A DNA stretch of 37,350 bases from Pseudomonadota bacterium (GCA_009928265.1 RFPR01000002.1:1-37350); one strand, 5' to 3'; shown: positions 29,828 through 37,350, counted from the stretch's first letter. The notes: generated by a model not told the origin, from the sequence alone. Translations and numbers: made by a program.

Positions 29828-30967
29828 ATGTCCGCCGATCCAACCGCTCTCTATTCCCGCAAGAATCCCTTTCACGCGAAGCTCAAGACGAACCGCAAGC
29901 TCACCAAGGAGGGCTCTGCCAAGGACACGCGTCACTTTGAGATTGTTCTCGAAGGATCCGGCCTCGCCTACGAGGTGGGCGATTCGCTTGGGGTTTTCCC
30001 CACGAATAGTCCCGCACTCGTCGAGGAGATCCTTGGCGTGCTGGGTTTCAACGGAGAGGAGCCGGTTGCCGATCCGAATGGCAACATGGTCACGATCCGC
30101 GAGGCGCTGACCTCCCACTATGTGATCACTCAAAAGGACAAGAAGCTCCTGGCCGCCATTGCCGAGAAGGATTCCTCCGCAGCCCACTTCGTCCCGATGA
30201 CAACACCCGAGGGGAAGGCCGAGTTGGATGCCTACGTCTGGGGCCGTGAAGTCATCGACCCGCTCCTGGCCCATCCCGCTGCAAAGTTCACTCCGGATGA
30301 GTTCGTGAAGTGCCTGCGCAAGCTCCAGCCGCGCCTCTACTCGATCGCCTCCTCGCAGAAGGCGCACCCTTCCGAAGTTCATCTCACGGTGGCCGCAGTC
30401 CGCTACGAGAGCCATGGCCGCAAGCGGGAGGGCGTCTGCTCCACCTTCCTCGCCGACCGTGCAGAGACGGTTCCCGTCTTCGTCCACACCGCAAAGCATT
30501 TCCGCGTTCCCGAGGATCTCTCGACCCACGTGATCATGGTCGGGCCTGGTACCGGCATCGCCCCGTTCATGGCCTTCCTGCAGGAGCGCAAAGTCTCCGG
30601 CGCGACTGGAAAGAACTGGCTCTTCTTCGGCGACCAGAAGGCAGCCACCGACTTCCTCTACCGGGAGGAACTCGAGTCCTGGCAGAACGAAGGGATCCTT
30701 CACAAACTCTCCACCGCCTTCTCCCGCGATCAGAGCGAGAAGATCTATGTCCAGCACCGCATGCTGGAGGCCGCCGAGGAACTCTTCGGATGGCTGGAGC
30801 AGGGTGCCTACTTCTACATCTGCGGCGATGCCTCGCGCATGGCCAAGGATGTCGACACGGCACTGCATCAAGTCGTCGAGAAGGCCGGAGGCAAATCCCC
30901 GGAAGATGCGGCGGCCTACGTCGAGGAGCTCAAGAAATCGAAGCGCTACCGCAAGGACGTTTACTAG
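29828..30967 (+). CDS. CysJ-like FAD/NADPH reductase module without a flavodoxin domain
   Basis: RLYSIASS (FAD), MVGPGTGIAPFMAF (NADPH) and a C-terminal YICGD...RYRKDVY. At 379 aa it is too short to contain the FMN domain. Confidence 0.85.
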   Translation: MSADPTALYSRKNPFHAKLKTNRKLTKEGSAKDTRHFEIVLEGSGLAYEVGDSLGVFPTNSPALVEEILGVLGFNGEEPVADPNGNMVTIREALTSHYVITQKDKKLLAAIAEKDSSAAHFVPMTTPEGKAELDAYVWGREVIDPLLAHPAAKFTPDEFVKCLRKLQPRLYSIASSQKAHPSEVHLTVAAVRYESHGRKREGVCSTFLADRAETVPVFVHTAKHFRVPEDLSTHVIMVGPGTGIAPFMAFLQERKVSGATGKNWLFFGDQKAATDFLYREELESWQNEGILHKLSTAFSRDQSEKIYVQHRMLEAAEELFGWLEQGAYFYICGDASRMAKDVDTALHQVVEKAGGKSPEDAAAYVEELKKSKRYRKDVY

Positions 30968-31033
30968 GAGCAGCCCCGCTCCTCTTGGTCCATCGGACTT
31001 CTTTCAGCTATTTTTTCGATCCCTTTCATCCCT

Positions 31034-32434
31034 GTGAGTAAATCACCCACTCGCCGCGTTCACTTTCTTGGGATCTGCGGCACGGCAATGGGGGCAGTCG
31101 CAGCCGGCATGAAAGAGCAAGGGTGGGTAGTCACCGGCTCCGACAATCAGGCCTTCCCGCCGATGAGCGACTTCCTCGCCTCGCGAGGGATCGAGGTCTT
31201 CTCTGGATTTTGTCCAGAGAACCTTCCCGAAGAGGAGGCTCTCATCGTTGTCGGCAACGCCATCTCAAGGGGAAATCCCGAGGTAGAGGCCGTCCTCAAC
31301 CGGAAGCTCAACTATGCCTCCCTCCCCGAGGTGCTTCGCGCGCATTTCCTACGGGGCCGCCACAACATTGTTGTCACAGGCACCCACGGGAAGACCACGA
31401 CGACCTCGATGACCGCCTGGATCCTCGAGCATGCCGGAAAAAATCCCTCGTACCTGATCGGCGGCATTCCGGCCAACCTTGGTCAGGGTGCCTGCCTGCG
31501 CGACGAGAAGAGTTCGCGCCACTTCGTGATCGAGGGAGACGAATACGACACAGCCTTCTTCGACAAGCGCTCCAAGTTCCTTCATTACCTGCCGGAACTT
31601 GTCGTGGTGAACAACGTCGAGTTCGACCACGCCGACATCTTTGAGAACCTCGATGCAATCAAGCTGAGCTTCCGCAGACTCCTCAATGTCGTGCCGACCG
31701 AAGGAATGGTTCTGGTGAATGCCGATGATCCGAACTGCCTCGACGTGGCCCGCAGCTGCCATGCCCCCATCGTCGAGGTCGGCTTCTCGGAGAATGCTGG
31801 CAACCGGATCCTGAATCCGTGGCAGAAGGAAGGCCGCAGCGGCTTCACCCTCTTTGGCGAGGAGTTCGAGATTCCGATGTCGGGCGAGTTCAATATCCGC
31901 AACGCGGCCATGGCCGTCTCCGCAGCTCATTTTTATGGGGTCCCCACGGCAGCGATTCGTGAAGCTCTCCTTCAGTTCCGCGGCATCAAGCGCCGCCAGG
32001 AAGTCCGTGGTGTGGTCGGCGGGATCACGATTATCGATGACTTCGGCCATCACCCCACGGCCATACGCCAGACCCTGGAAGGGCTGACCAAGCACTATGT
32101 CGGAGCCCGCCTCTGGGCCCTCTTCGAGCCGCGCTCCAACACGACACGCCGCGCCGTCTTCCAGGAGGAGTTTCCAAAGGCCTTCGCCGCCGCGCATGGT
32201 GTCGTCATCGGAGAGGTGAACCGCGCCGCCGAACTTGCCCCCGGGGAGAGCCTGGATGCGTCGCGGCTCGTCGCCGATCTCGTGAAGGCCGGCAAGCCCT
32301 CCTTCCACGAGCCCTCGGCCGACAGGATCATTGAGCAGCTACGGCCGCAGCTTCAGCCCGGCGATGTCCTCGTGGTGCTTAGCAACGGGGCTTTTGACGG
32401 CCTTCATGCCAAGTTGCTCACCGCCCTTGCCTGA
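31034..32434 (+). CDS. mpl: UDP-N-acetylmuramate:L-alanyl-gamma-D-glutamyl-meso-diaminopimelate ligase
   Basis: GTG start. VHFLGICGTAMGAVAAGMKEQGWVVTGSD, VTGTHGKTTTTSM and EGDEYDTAFFDKRSKF. Confidence 0.88.
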   Translation: MSKSPTRRVHFLGICGTAMGAVAAGMKEQGWVVTGSDNQAFPPMSDFLASRGIEVFSGFCPENLPEEEALIVVGNAISRGNPEVEAVLNRKLNYASLPEVLRAHFLRGRHNIVVTGTHGKTTTTSMTAWILEHAGKNPSYLIGGIPANLGQGACLRDEKSSRHFVIEGDEYDTAFFDKRSKFLHYLPELVVVNNVEFDHADIFENLDAIKLSFRRLLNVVPTEGMVLVNADDPNCLDVARSCHAPIVEVGFSENAGNRILNPWQKEGRSGFTLFGEEFEIPMSGEFNIRNAAMAVSAAHFYGVPTAAIREALLQFRGIKRRQEVRGVVGGITIIDDFGHHPTAIRQTLEGLTKHYVGARLWALFEPRSNTTRRAVFQEEFPKAFAAAHGVVIGEVNRAAELAPGESLDASRLVADLVKAGKPSFHEPSADRIIEQLRPQLQPGDVLVVLSNGAFDGLHAKLLTALA

Positions 32435-32442
32435 CCTTTCCA

Positions 32443-32718
32443 ATGGCGGATCTTTACCGTCTCGAAATCAAGGCGGCCCCCAATGCACCCAAGAGCGAGG
32501 TGGTCGGCTGGCTCGGTGATGCGCTGAAGGTCAAGGTTCACGCTCCGCCGGAGGAGTGAAAAGCCAATGCTGAACTCTGTGCTTTCCTTGCCAAGATCCT
32601 CGGCCTCCAAAAGAGTGCGGTTCGCCTTGGACGAGGGGCCTCATCTCGTAGCAAGGTGATTGAGATCGAAGGGATGAGCCTGGAGCAGGTTATGGAGAGG
32701 CTTCCTTCAAAGCCCTAG
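32443..32718 (+). pseudogene. DUF167 (YggU) family gene interrupted by one in-frame TGA (32557-32559)
   Basis: Not in the ORF track because both halves are under 60 aa. The sequence is MADLYRLEIKAAPNAPKSEVVGWLGDALKVKVHAPPEE-TGA-KANAELCAFLAKILGLQKSAVRLGRGASSRSKVIEIEGMSLEQVMERLPSKP. The family motif is APPxxGKAN, so the TGA sits where Gly is expected. It starts 8 nt after the mpl stop. Confidence 0.75.
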
Positions 32719-32723
32719 TTATT

Positions 32724-32774
32724 CACAGGGGTAGTTCTTGGGGCAAAAAGCCTGCCTCACCTGCAACCCCTGTG
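32724..32774 (+). terminator. 9-bp perfect inverted repeat after the DUF167 stop (weak terminator candidate)
   Basis: CACAGGGGT (32724-32732) and ACCCCTGTG (32766-32774), followed by TTTA. The 33-nt loop is large for an intrinsic terminator. Confidence 0.3.
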
Positions 32775-32900
32775 TTTACCGAATGTGACGGAACTGTCAC
32801 TTGGTTTGAGCCTTATCGGAGCTTGGACAGAGTCTGTTCCACGGCCAGACCCCTTTTATTCCAAGTAGGAAGCAACCATCTTCAATTATCAAAAGATATG

Positions 32901-32924
32901 TTCCACGCCGCATGAACCGTGGAA
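32901..32924 (-). terminator. 7-bp inverted repeat with T-run on the minus strand (candidate terminator of the exbB operon)
   Basis: TTCCACG-N10-CGTGGAA. On the minus strand it is followed by CATATCTTTTGAT. It lies about 65 nt downstream of the zinc-ribbon gene stop. Confidence 0.3.
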
Positions 32925-32987
32925 TCCCCCGCTTTTTCACACATTTTATTCACAAACCATCCACGAACCCTTGTGGATTCCTATCGC

Positions 32988-33215
32988 TCAGGACAAACGC
33001 TCGTTTCGACTGCCACAGACCGGGCAATCAATCAGGTCCGCGGAGGAGGTATCCGTATAGCGCGAGGCACAGATCCTACAAAAGACCCGGGTACGGGCGG
33101 CACGATTTTCCTGACGGCGGCGAATCCACTCGTAACCGAGCCAGAGGATGAGAACGCCTGCCAGAAAAAGGGCCAGATAGATCGCCACGAACAAGGGAAA
33201 CGAGATCGAAATCAT
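32988..33215 (-). CDS. Small membrane protein with cytoplasmic C4 zinc ribbon, last gene of the exbB-exbD-tonB-like operon
   Basis: MISISFPLFVAIYLALFLAGVLILWLGYEWIRRRQENRAARTRVFCRICASRYTDTSSADLIDCPVCGSRNERLS, 75 aa. Its ATG forms an ATGA overlap with the TonB-like stop. Confidence 0.65.
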   Translation of the reverse strand: MISISFPLFVAIYLALFLAGVLILWLGYEWIRRRQENRAARTRVFCRICASRYTDTSSADLIDCPVCGSRNERLS

Positions 33216-34036
33216 GGCTTGGCCGGAGAAGGAGAGGGAGTCGATGGAGAGTTTTGCCAAACAATCAGGGCGCGGCCCCACGCGATCCCGTCGGCGGTGT
33301 TGAAGCGCCGCGCGAGGATCCAGACACGGCCCGATTCATCGGCCTCGGGATTCCCGCTTGGTTCCGTCAGAACGCAGGAAATGGGAATTCCCTCGGGACT
33401 GACTGCCACCTGATAGGCCGAGGGTCGGGAGATCGTGACGCCCCACGGTAACAAGGGGGGAGTTGTTGACCCCCCATCGGACTCCCTGAGATTGGCGAGA
33501 CTATCCAACCAGCTCACAAGAGTGACATGCGGAGTAGGTGGGGGGATGGCAATCGGAACCGGAGCCATCGCCATCGGGGCAGGACGCAGCGCTTCACCTG
33601 CCAACGGAAGATCCGGAGGCCCGGATACGGGCTCTTCCACGCTCGGCAAGGGGCGGAGTGGTGGAGGAGGATCCTCATAACTCGGCCGGTATCGTAGTGG
33701 GGGTGGTGCCGGCACCGCCCTCTCGGTGGCCCGGAGCGGTGAGAAAACCGAGGGGTCATGCGCCTCCAGCCAAGGGGCGATTTTGCGGGCAACGGGCGAA
33801 TCGGGCGGCAGAAAATAAAATCGCGGCTGGGGAGGCGCTTTCTCCTCCGGCACTCCGTAATGAATTGAGAAAAGAACGATTACGACTGCCTGGATCAACC
33901 CGGCCACAACGATAAAGAAAGGGAGCGCAAGGCGGGGCGCCCTCCGGATGGGCCACTCAAAAAGCAATTGGGCCAGTTCCCCGAGTTCACGCGGCGTGGG
34001 GGGATGCCGGGGGAGACGGGGAAGCTGAGCTGTCAT
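33212..34036 (-). CDS. TonB-like energy transducer (TM anchor, Pro-rich spacer, C-terminal TonB-like domain)
   Basis: N-terminal TM is LALPFFIVVAGLIQAVVIVLF. The Pro-rich middle includes PAPPPLRYRPSYEDPPPPLRPLP. The C-terminal ~90 aa resemble the TonB C-terminal domain. ATGA overlap with exbD. Confidence 0.7.
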   Translation of the reverse strand: MTAQLPRLPRHPPTPRELGELAQLLFEWPIRRAPRLALPFFIVVAGLIQAVVIVLFSIHYGVPEEKAPPQPRFYFLPPDSPVARKIAPWLEAHDPSVFSPLRATERAVPAPPPLRYRPSYEDPPPPLRPLPSVEEPVSGPPDLPLAGEALRPAPMAMAPVPIAIPPPTPHVTLVSWLDSLANLRESDGGSTTPPLLPWGVTISRPSAYQVAVSPEGIPISCVLTEPSGNPEADESGRVWILARRFNTADGIAWGRALIVWQNSPSTPSPSPAKP

Positions 34037-34434
34037 GATCCTCCGGCACCGCTGGCCAGAACGACCGAATACCCGGAATTGGCTCCGATCGTCATGATCT
34101 TCATCAGCAGATCATAGGGAGCGAGTCGGTCGGCGCGAATGATCAGGCTTCCTGCATGACGCCCCTTGTTCAATTCCTCGCGAAGTTCCTCGGGGGTGAC
34201 GACTTTCTGATCGAAGTAAATCTGCGGCAGGGGAGCCCCGGTCACGCTGACGACACGGGGATCATGCTGGGGCAAAAGCAGAAACGGCGACTCCGGGATC
34301 TTCAGCTCGATGCCGGGCTGCAGGGTGAAGTAGCCTCCCAGCAGCAGGAAAAAAACCAGACAGAGGAGGGCTCCCAGTGCCGGAGCCATCAGCAGGTGGG
34401 GCCCCTCCGCCCCCTTGCACCGGGGCAGCCTCAT
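34033..34434 (-). CDS. exbD: ExbD/TolR-family protein (TM helix without acidic residue)
   Basis: 133 aa, with one TM (LLMAPALGALLCLVFFLLLGGYFTL) and a periplasmic domain ending in IRADRLAPYDLLMKIMTIGANSGY. TGATG overlap with exbB. Confidence 0.8.
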   Translation of the reverse strand: MRLPRCKGAEGPHLLMAPALGALLCLVFFLLLGGYFTLQPGIELKIPESPFLLLPQHDPRVVSVTGAPLPQIYFDQKVVTPEELREELNKGRHAGSLIIRADRLAPYDLLMKIMTIGANSGYSVVLASGAGGS

Positions 34435-35078
34435 CAGGCCTCCTTTTCCGCGGTTCCCGCGGTGCCTTGGGGCCTTGCGTCGGAAAGAAGGTTCACGACC
34501 TCGATGCCGGCACGCTCCATGTCCTGGATGATGTCGTTGACCCGGGAGCTCAGATAGGCATGTCCGACCAGGGCAGGAATGGCAACCCCGAGACCGGCTG
34601 CTGCGTCGAGCAGGCTCTGGTAGACACCCCGAGAGAGTTCGGCAGCCGTGGCATACCCACCGTGCGAGGAGAGCACCAAGAAGGCGTCGAGCAGGCCCAG
34701 CACCGTTCCCAGCAATCCGATCAGGGGAGTCAGGTAGGCGAGCGTGGAGAGAATCGGGAGGTTGCGTTCCAGTGAGGGGATCTCGAGCAGAGCGGCATCG
34801 CGCGTGACAGAAAGGAGCACCTCGCGGCCTCCATGCGGATGGAGCAGGGCCGCCTGCAGAATACGGGCCACGGGGCCGGGTGCCGAAGAGGCCTCGCCCA
34901 GTGCCTCGTCAAGACGCCCATTGCGGATCTGCAGGGAGAGACCTCCCAGTAGTTCGCCGACGCGGATGGAAGCCTTGTGAAGGTACAGGAGCCGCTCCAA
35001 AAAGACACCGAGAGCGACGACACTACAGAGCAGGATAAGCCACATTAGAGGCCCTCCTTTTTGCAAAAGTTCCAGCAT
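34434..35078 (-). CDS. exbB: MotA/TolQ/ExbB proton-channel family protein
   Basis: GGPLMWLILLCSVVALGVFLER, LAYLTPLIGLLGTVLGLLDAF and AAGLGVAIPALVGHAYL. Confidence 0.88.
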   Translation of the reverse strand: MLELLQKGGPLMWLILLCSVVALGVFLERLLYLHKASIRVGELLGGLSLQIRNGRLDEALGEASSAPGPVARILQAALLHPHGGREVLLSVTRDAALLEIPSLERNLPILSTLAYLTPLIGLLGTVLGLLDAFLVLSSHGGYATAAELSRGVYQSLLDAAAGLGVAIPALVGHAYLSSRVNDIIQDMERAGIEVVNLLSDARPQGTAGTAEKEA

Positions 35079-35189
35079 TCCCGGATCCTAAAGGGGCCTG
35101 ACGATCATCCGAAAGGCAAAAGGTGCCAAGGAAGGCTGCATCCCTTTTTCGTTCATCATTTCGGGTTATTCCTTCATCCTTTCCGCTCC

Positions 35190-36002
35190 ATGTCTTCCCC
35201 GCTCAGCGATACCCAGAGTCTGCCCGACGACCGCCGTATTCCCATCGACCGCGTCGGGGTGAAGGATCTGCGCTACCCGATCCGCGTCCGCGACCGGGAT
35301 CACGAGGCCGAGCAGGCCACAATCGCCACGGTCCAGCTTACGGTCGACCTGCCTCACCACTTCAAGGGAACCCACATGAGCCGTTTCGTCGAGGCGCTCA
35401 ATTCCCACGGCCCCGTTCTCCATGTCCGCAACATCCGCGATATTCTCGTTCAACTCACGGAGCGGCTCGAGAGCGATCAGGCCCATGTCGATTTCGAGTT
35501 CCCCTACTTCCTTGAGAAAAAGGCCCCGGTGACCGGCTCGCTCGGCCTGCTCGATTACACGGTGCGCTTCGCGGCGACCCTTTCCGGCGGCCCCAAGGGC
35601 AAGGTGGACTTCGTCGTGACTGTCATCGTGCCGGTCACGACCCTTTGCCCTTGCTCCAAGGCCATCAGCGAATCGGGCGCCCACAACCAGCGTGGTCATG
35701 TCACCTACTCGGTGCGCTGTGCCAAGCCGATGTGGATCGAGGAGATGATCCGGCTCGTCGAGGACTCCGCCAGCTGCGAGCTCTACAGCCTGCTCAAGCG
35801 ACCCGATGAGAAACATGTCACCGAGCGGGCTTATGCCAATCCCGTCTTCGTCGAGGATCTCGTGCGCAACGTAGCCGAACTCTCGGAACGCGATCCCAAC
35901 ATCCTCTGGTACCGCGTCGAGGCGGAGAACTTCGAGTCGATCCACAACCACAACGCCTACGCCCTCATCGAGCGCAAGTCCCACCGCGACCCGGCTTCCT
36001 AG
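35190..36002 (+). CDS. folE2: GTP cyclohydrolase I type 2 (FolE2/MptA family)
   Basis: IPIDRVGVKDLRYPI, HHFKGTHMSRF, TTLCPCSKAISESGAHNQRG and ENFESIHNHNAYA. The start is the in-frame ATG of track ORF 35061..36002. Confidence 0.9.
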   Translation: MSSPLSDTQSLPDDRRIPIDRVGVKDLRYPIRVRDRDHEAEQATIATVQLTVDLPHHFKGTHMSRFVEALNSHGPVLHVRNIRDILVQLTERLESDQAHVDFEFPYFLEKKAPVTGSLGLLDYTVRFAATLSGGPKGKVDFVVTVIVPVTTLCPCSKAISESGAHNQRGHVTYSVRCAKPMWIEEMIRLVEDSASCELYSLLKRPDEKHVTERAYANPVFVEDLVRNVAELSERDPNILWYRVEAENFESIHNHNAYALIERKSHRDPAS

Positions 36003-36020
36003 GCGCAGGCTTTTGGCGCT

Positions 36021-36668
36021 TTATGGCGCAAGCCGTGAAACAGTCCACGCTTCTCCTGTACGACTGTAGACAAGGCGATCGTGGAGACGATCCTCGCCAC
36101 CCTGCCAGAACTCGATCCGATCCGGCACGACCCGGTAACCACCCCACCCCTCAGGCTTGGGAATTTCGCCCGAAGCGAACCTCTCCTTGAGCTCGTAATA
36201 TTTGGCGCGGAGCACTTCACGGGAAGAGATAATGCTACTCTGCTCGGAAACCCATGCCCCGAGACGACTCCCGTGGGGGCGACTGAGGAAATAGGCGAGC
36301 GACTCGGCCGCTGAGATTTTCTCAACACGCCCGGAGATCTCAACCTGACGAGCGAGTGCCACCCAGGGAAAGAGAAGAGAAGCCGAGGGATTCTCCGTGA
36401 TCTGGCCGGCCTTGCGGCTGCCGTAATTGGTGAAGAAGACAAATCCCTTTGCATCATAGGCCTTCAGCAAGACCGTTCGGAGGGAAACGCGACCGTCGGC
36501 CCCGGCCGTACCAAGCGTCATGGCATTGGGCTCCGGGATGCCAGACTCGCGGGCCTCACCGAACCATTTCCTAAACTGTGCTACCGGATCGGGATCAAGG
36601 TCCGATTCCAGCAGTGGGTGCCCGGCATAGTGCTCGCGCAGATGGTGAAGTTCCTCGCCGGTGGACAT
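36021..36668 (-). CDS. pdxH: Pyridoxamine 5'-phosphate oxidase
   Basis: EPNAMTLGTAGADGRVSLRTVLLK, FVFFTNYGSRKAGQI and the C-terminal IEFWQGGEDRLHDRLVY...RLAP. Confidence 0.93.
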   Translation of the reverse strand: MSTGEELHHLREHYAGHPLLESDLDPDPVAQFRKWFGEARESGIPEPNAMTLGTAGADGRVSLRTVLLKAYDAKGFVFFTNYGSRKAGQITENPSASLLFPWVALARQVEISGRVEKISAAESLAYFLSRPHGSRLGAWVSEQSSIISSREVLRAKYYELKERFASGEIPKPEGWGGYRVVPDRIEFWQGGEDRLHDRLVYSRTGEAWTVSRLAP

Positions 36669-36712
36669 GAGTGAATGATGAAGGATGAATTATGAATTAT
36701 GAAGGATGAACA
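36669..36712 (-). repeat. Phased heptamer array (TTCATNN)x5 plus TTCACTC abutting the pdxH start codon
   Basis: The minus strand reads TTCATCC TTCATAA TTCATAA TTCATCC TTCATCA TTCACTC ATG. On the plus strand this is ATGAANN every 7 nt. Confidence 0.9.
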
Positions 36713-36940
36713 ATGGGCGGGATTCATGATCGTATTGTCGGTGGCCTGGTGGGGCTACTACTTGGCCGCAACGTCCCATCCGACGATGCCAAAGAACACT
36801 AGGGACCGCACCTGAGATGATAGATCCTCTATTTGCACTTCTTTCGCGTTATTGCCTTACAACCTGAAGTCTAAACCGCTTCAAGAAGACAGTCTTTTGG
36901 CTTTGTACTCCGGGGCCCCAACGGAAAGACTCTTTCCCCT

Positions 36941-37350
36941 GTGACGACCTCGCTTTCACCCTCCGTTCCGGCGTTGCCGGGAGGACGGGAACGCTTTCTG
37001 AATGCCTGCCGATGTCTGCCCGTCGATAAGACCCCGATCTGGCTCATGCGGCAGGCGGGTCGCTCCCTGCCCGAATACCGCGCCCTCAAAGAGAAGCATT
37101 CCTTCCTTGAACTCGCCCGCACGCCGGAGCTCGCGACCGAGGTGACGCTCCAGCCGATTCGCCGGTTCGGCTTCGACGCGGCGGTGCTCTTCAGCGACAT
37201 CCTTGTGGTACCCGAGGCCATGGGCCAGCCCTACACCTTCCGGGATAGCGGGGGGATCGAGATGAAGTTCACGATCGGATCTGCTGCCGACATCAGACAT
37301 CTCCAGATGGAGGGAGCCGTTGAGCGGCTCGACTATGTCGCGAAGGCCCT
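36941..37350 (+). CDS. hemE: Uroporphyrinogen decarboxylase (N-terminal part; runs off window)
   Basis: Absent from the ORF track (no stop in the window). GTG at 36941 is the only start codon after the in-frame TAA at 36872. The translation is ...[37 protein letters not shown]...[24 protein letters not shown]. Confidence 0.88.
   Translation, partial: MTTSLSPSVPALPGGRERFLNACRCLPVDKTPIWLMRQAGRSLPEYRALKEKHSFLELARTPELATEVTLQPIRRFGFDAAVLFSDILVVPEAMGQPYTFRDSGGIEMKFTIGSAADIRHLQMEGAVERLDYVAKA

Noticed and set aside
32557-32559. TGA in DUF167 as evidence for genetic code 25 (UGA=Gly) or for selenocysteine.
   Set aside because: TGA clearly terminates many neighbouring genes, so the code is standard. 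I saw no convincing SECIS-like hairpin just downstream, and Sec at a structural Gly position is implausible.
36713-36802. 29-aa + strand mini-ORF (MGGIHDRIVGGLVGLLLGRNVPSDDAKEH) preceded by AAGGATGAA.
   Set aside because: The apparent SD and ATG are by-products of the heptamer array on the other strand, and there is no independent support for coding.

Overview
This is a dense, visibly GC-rich bacterial chromosomal segment with about 43 protein genes and one tRNA. I found no rRNA, CRISPR array, transposase or integrase. Most content is housekeeping. Purine and one-carbon genes include purH (partial), purN and purU. Queuosine genes include a translationally coupled queF-queC-queE operon, with folE2 about 25 kb away. 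Also present are ribosomal proteins L21 and L27, tRNA-Leu(GAG), a UvrD/PcrA helicase, miaA, an aspartate-type aminotransferase, FPP synthase, mpl, ptsI, pdxH and hemE (partial). Many gene pairs are coupled by ATGA or TGATG overlaps. Three traits suggest a PVC/Verrucomicrobia-like organism, though this is inference only: a prepilin-type H-X9-DG protein, an unusually long PilD, and pyrimidine-rich leaders with almost no Shine-Dalgarno sequences. I see no recognisable defence or mobile system; the window is mostly ordinary, and the following are the oddities worth a second look. (1) A four-gene exbB/exbD/tonB-like operon ends in a tiny TM plus zinc-ribbon protein, and its ExbD-like TM helix has no acidic residue. 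(2) A roughly 420-bp AT-rich islet encodes an ORFan secreted protein between convergent core genes. (3) A DUF167/YggU gene has an in-frame TGA exactly where the family's conserved Gly sits. (4) Phased heptamer arrays (YTCATNN) abut the start codons of two genes, and related C/T-rich leader motifs occur at several others. (5) An RGG-box plus RRM RNA-binding protein lies immediately upstream of miaA. (6) A duplicated-NDK-fold protein. (7) A lipid-tailoring cassette of two CMAS-family methyltransferases, DUF1295 and a GT28 enzyme. All family assignments come from reading motifs by eye; no searches were run.
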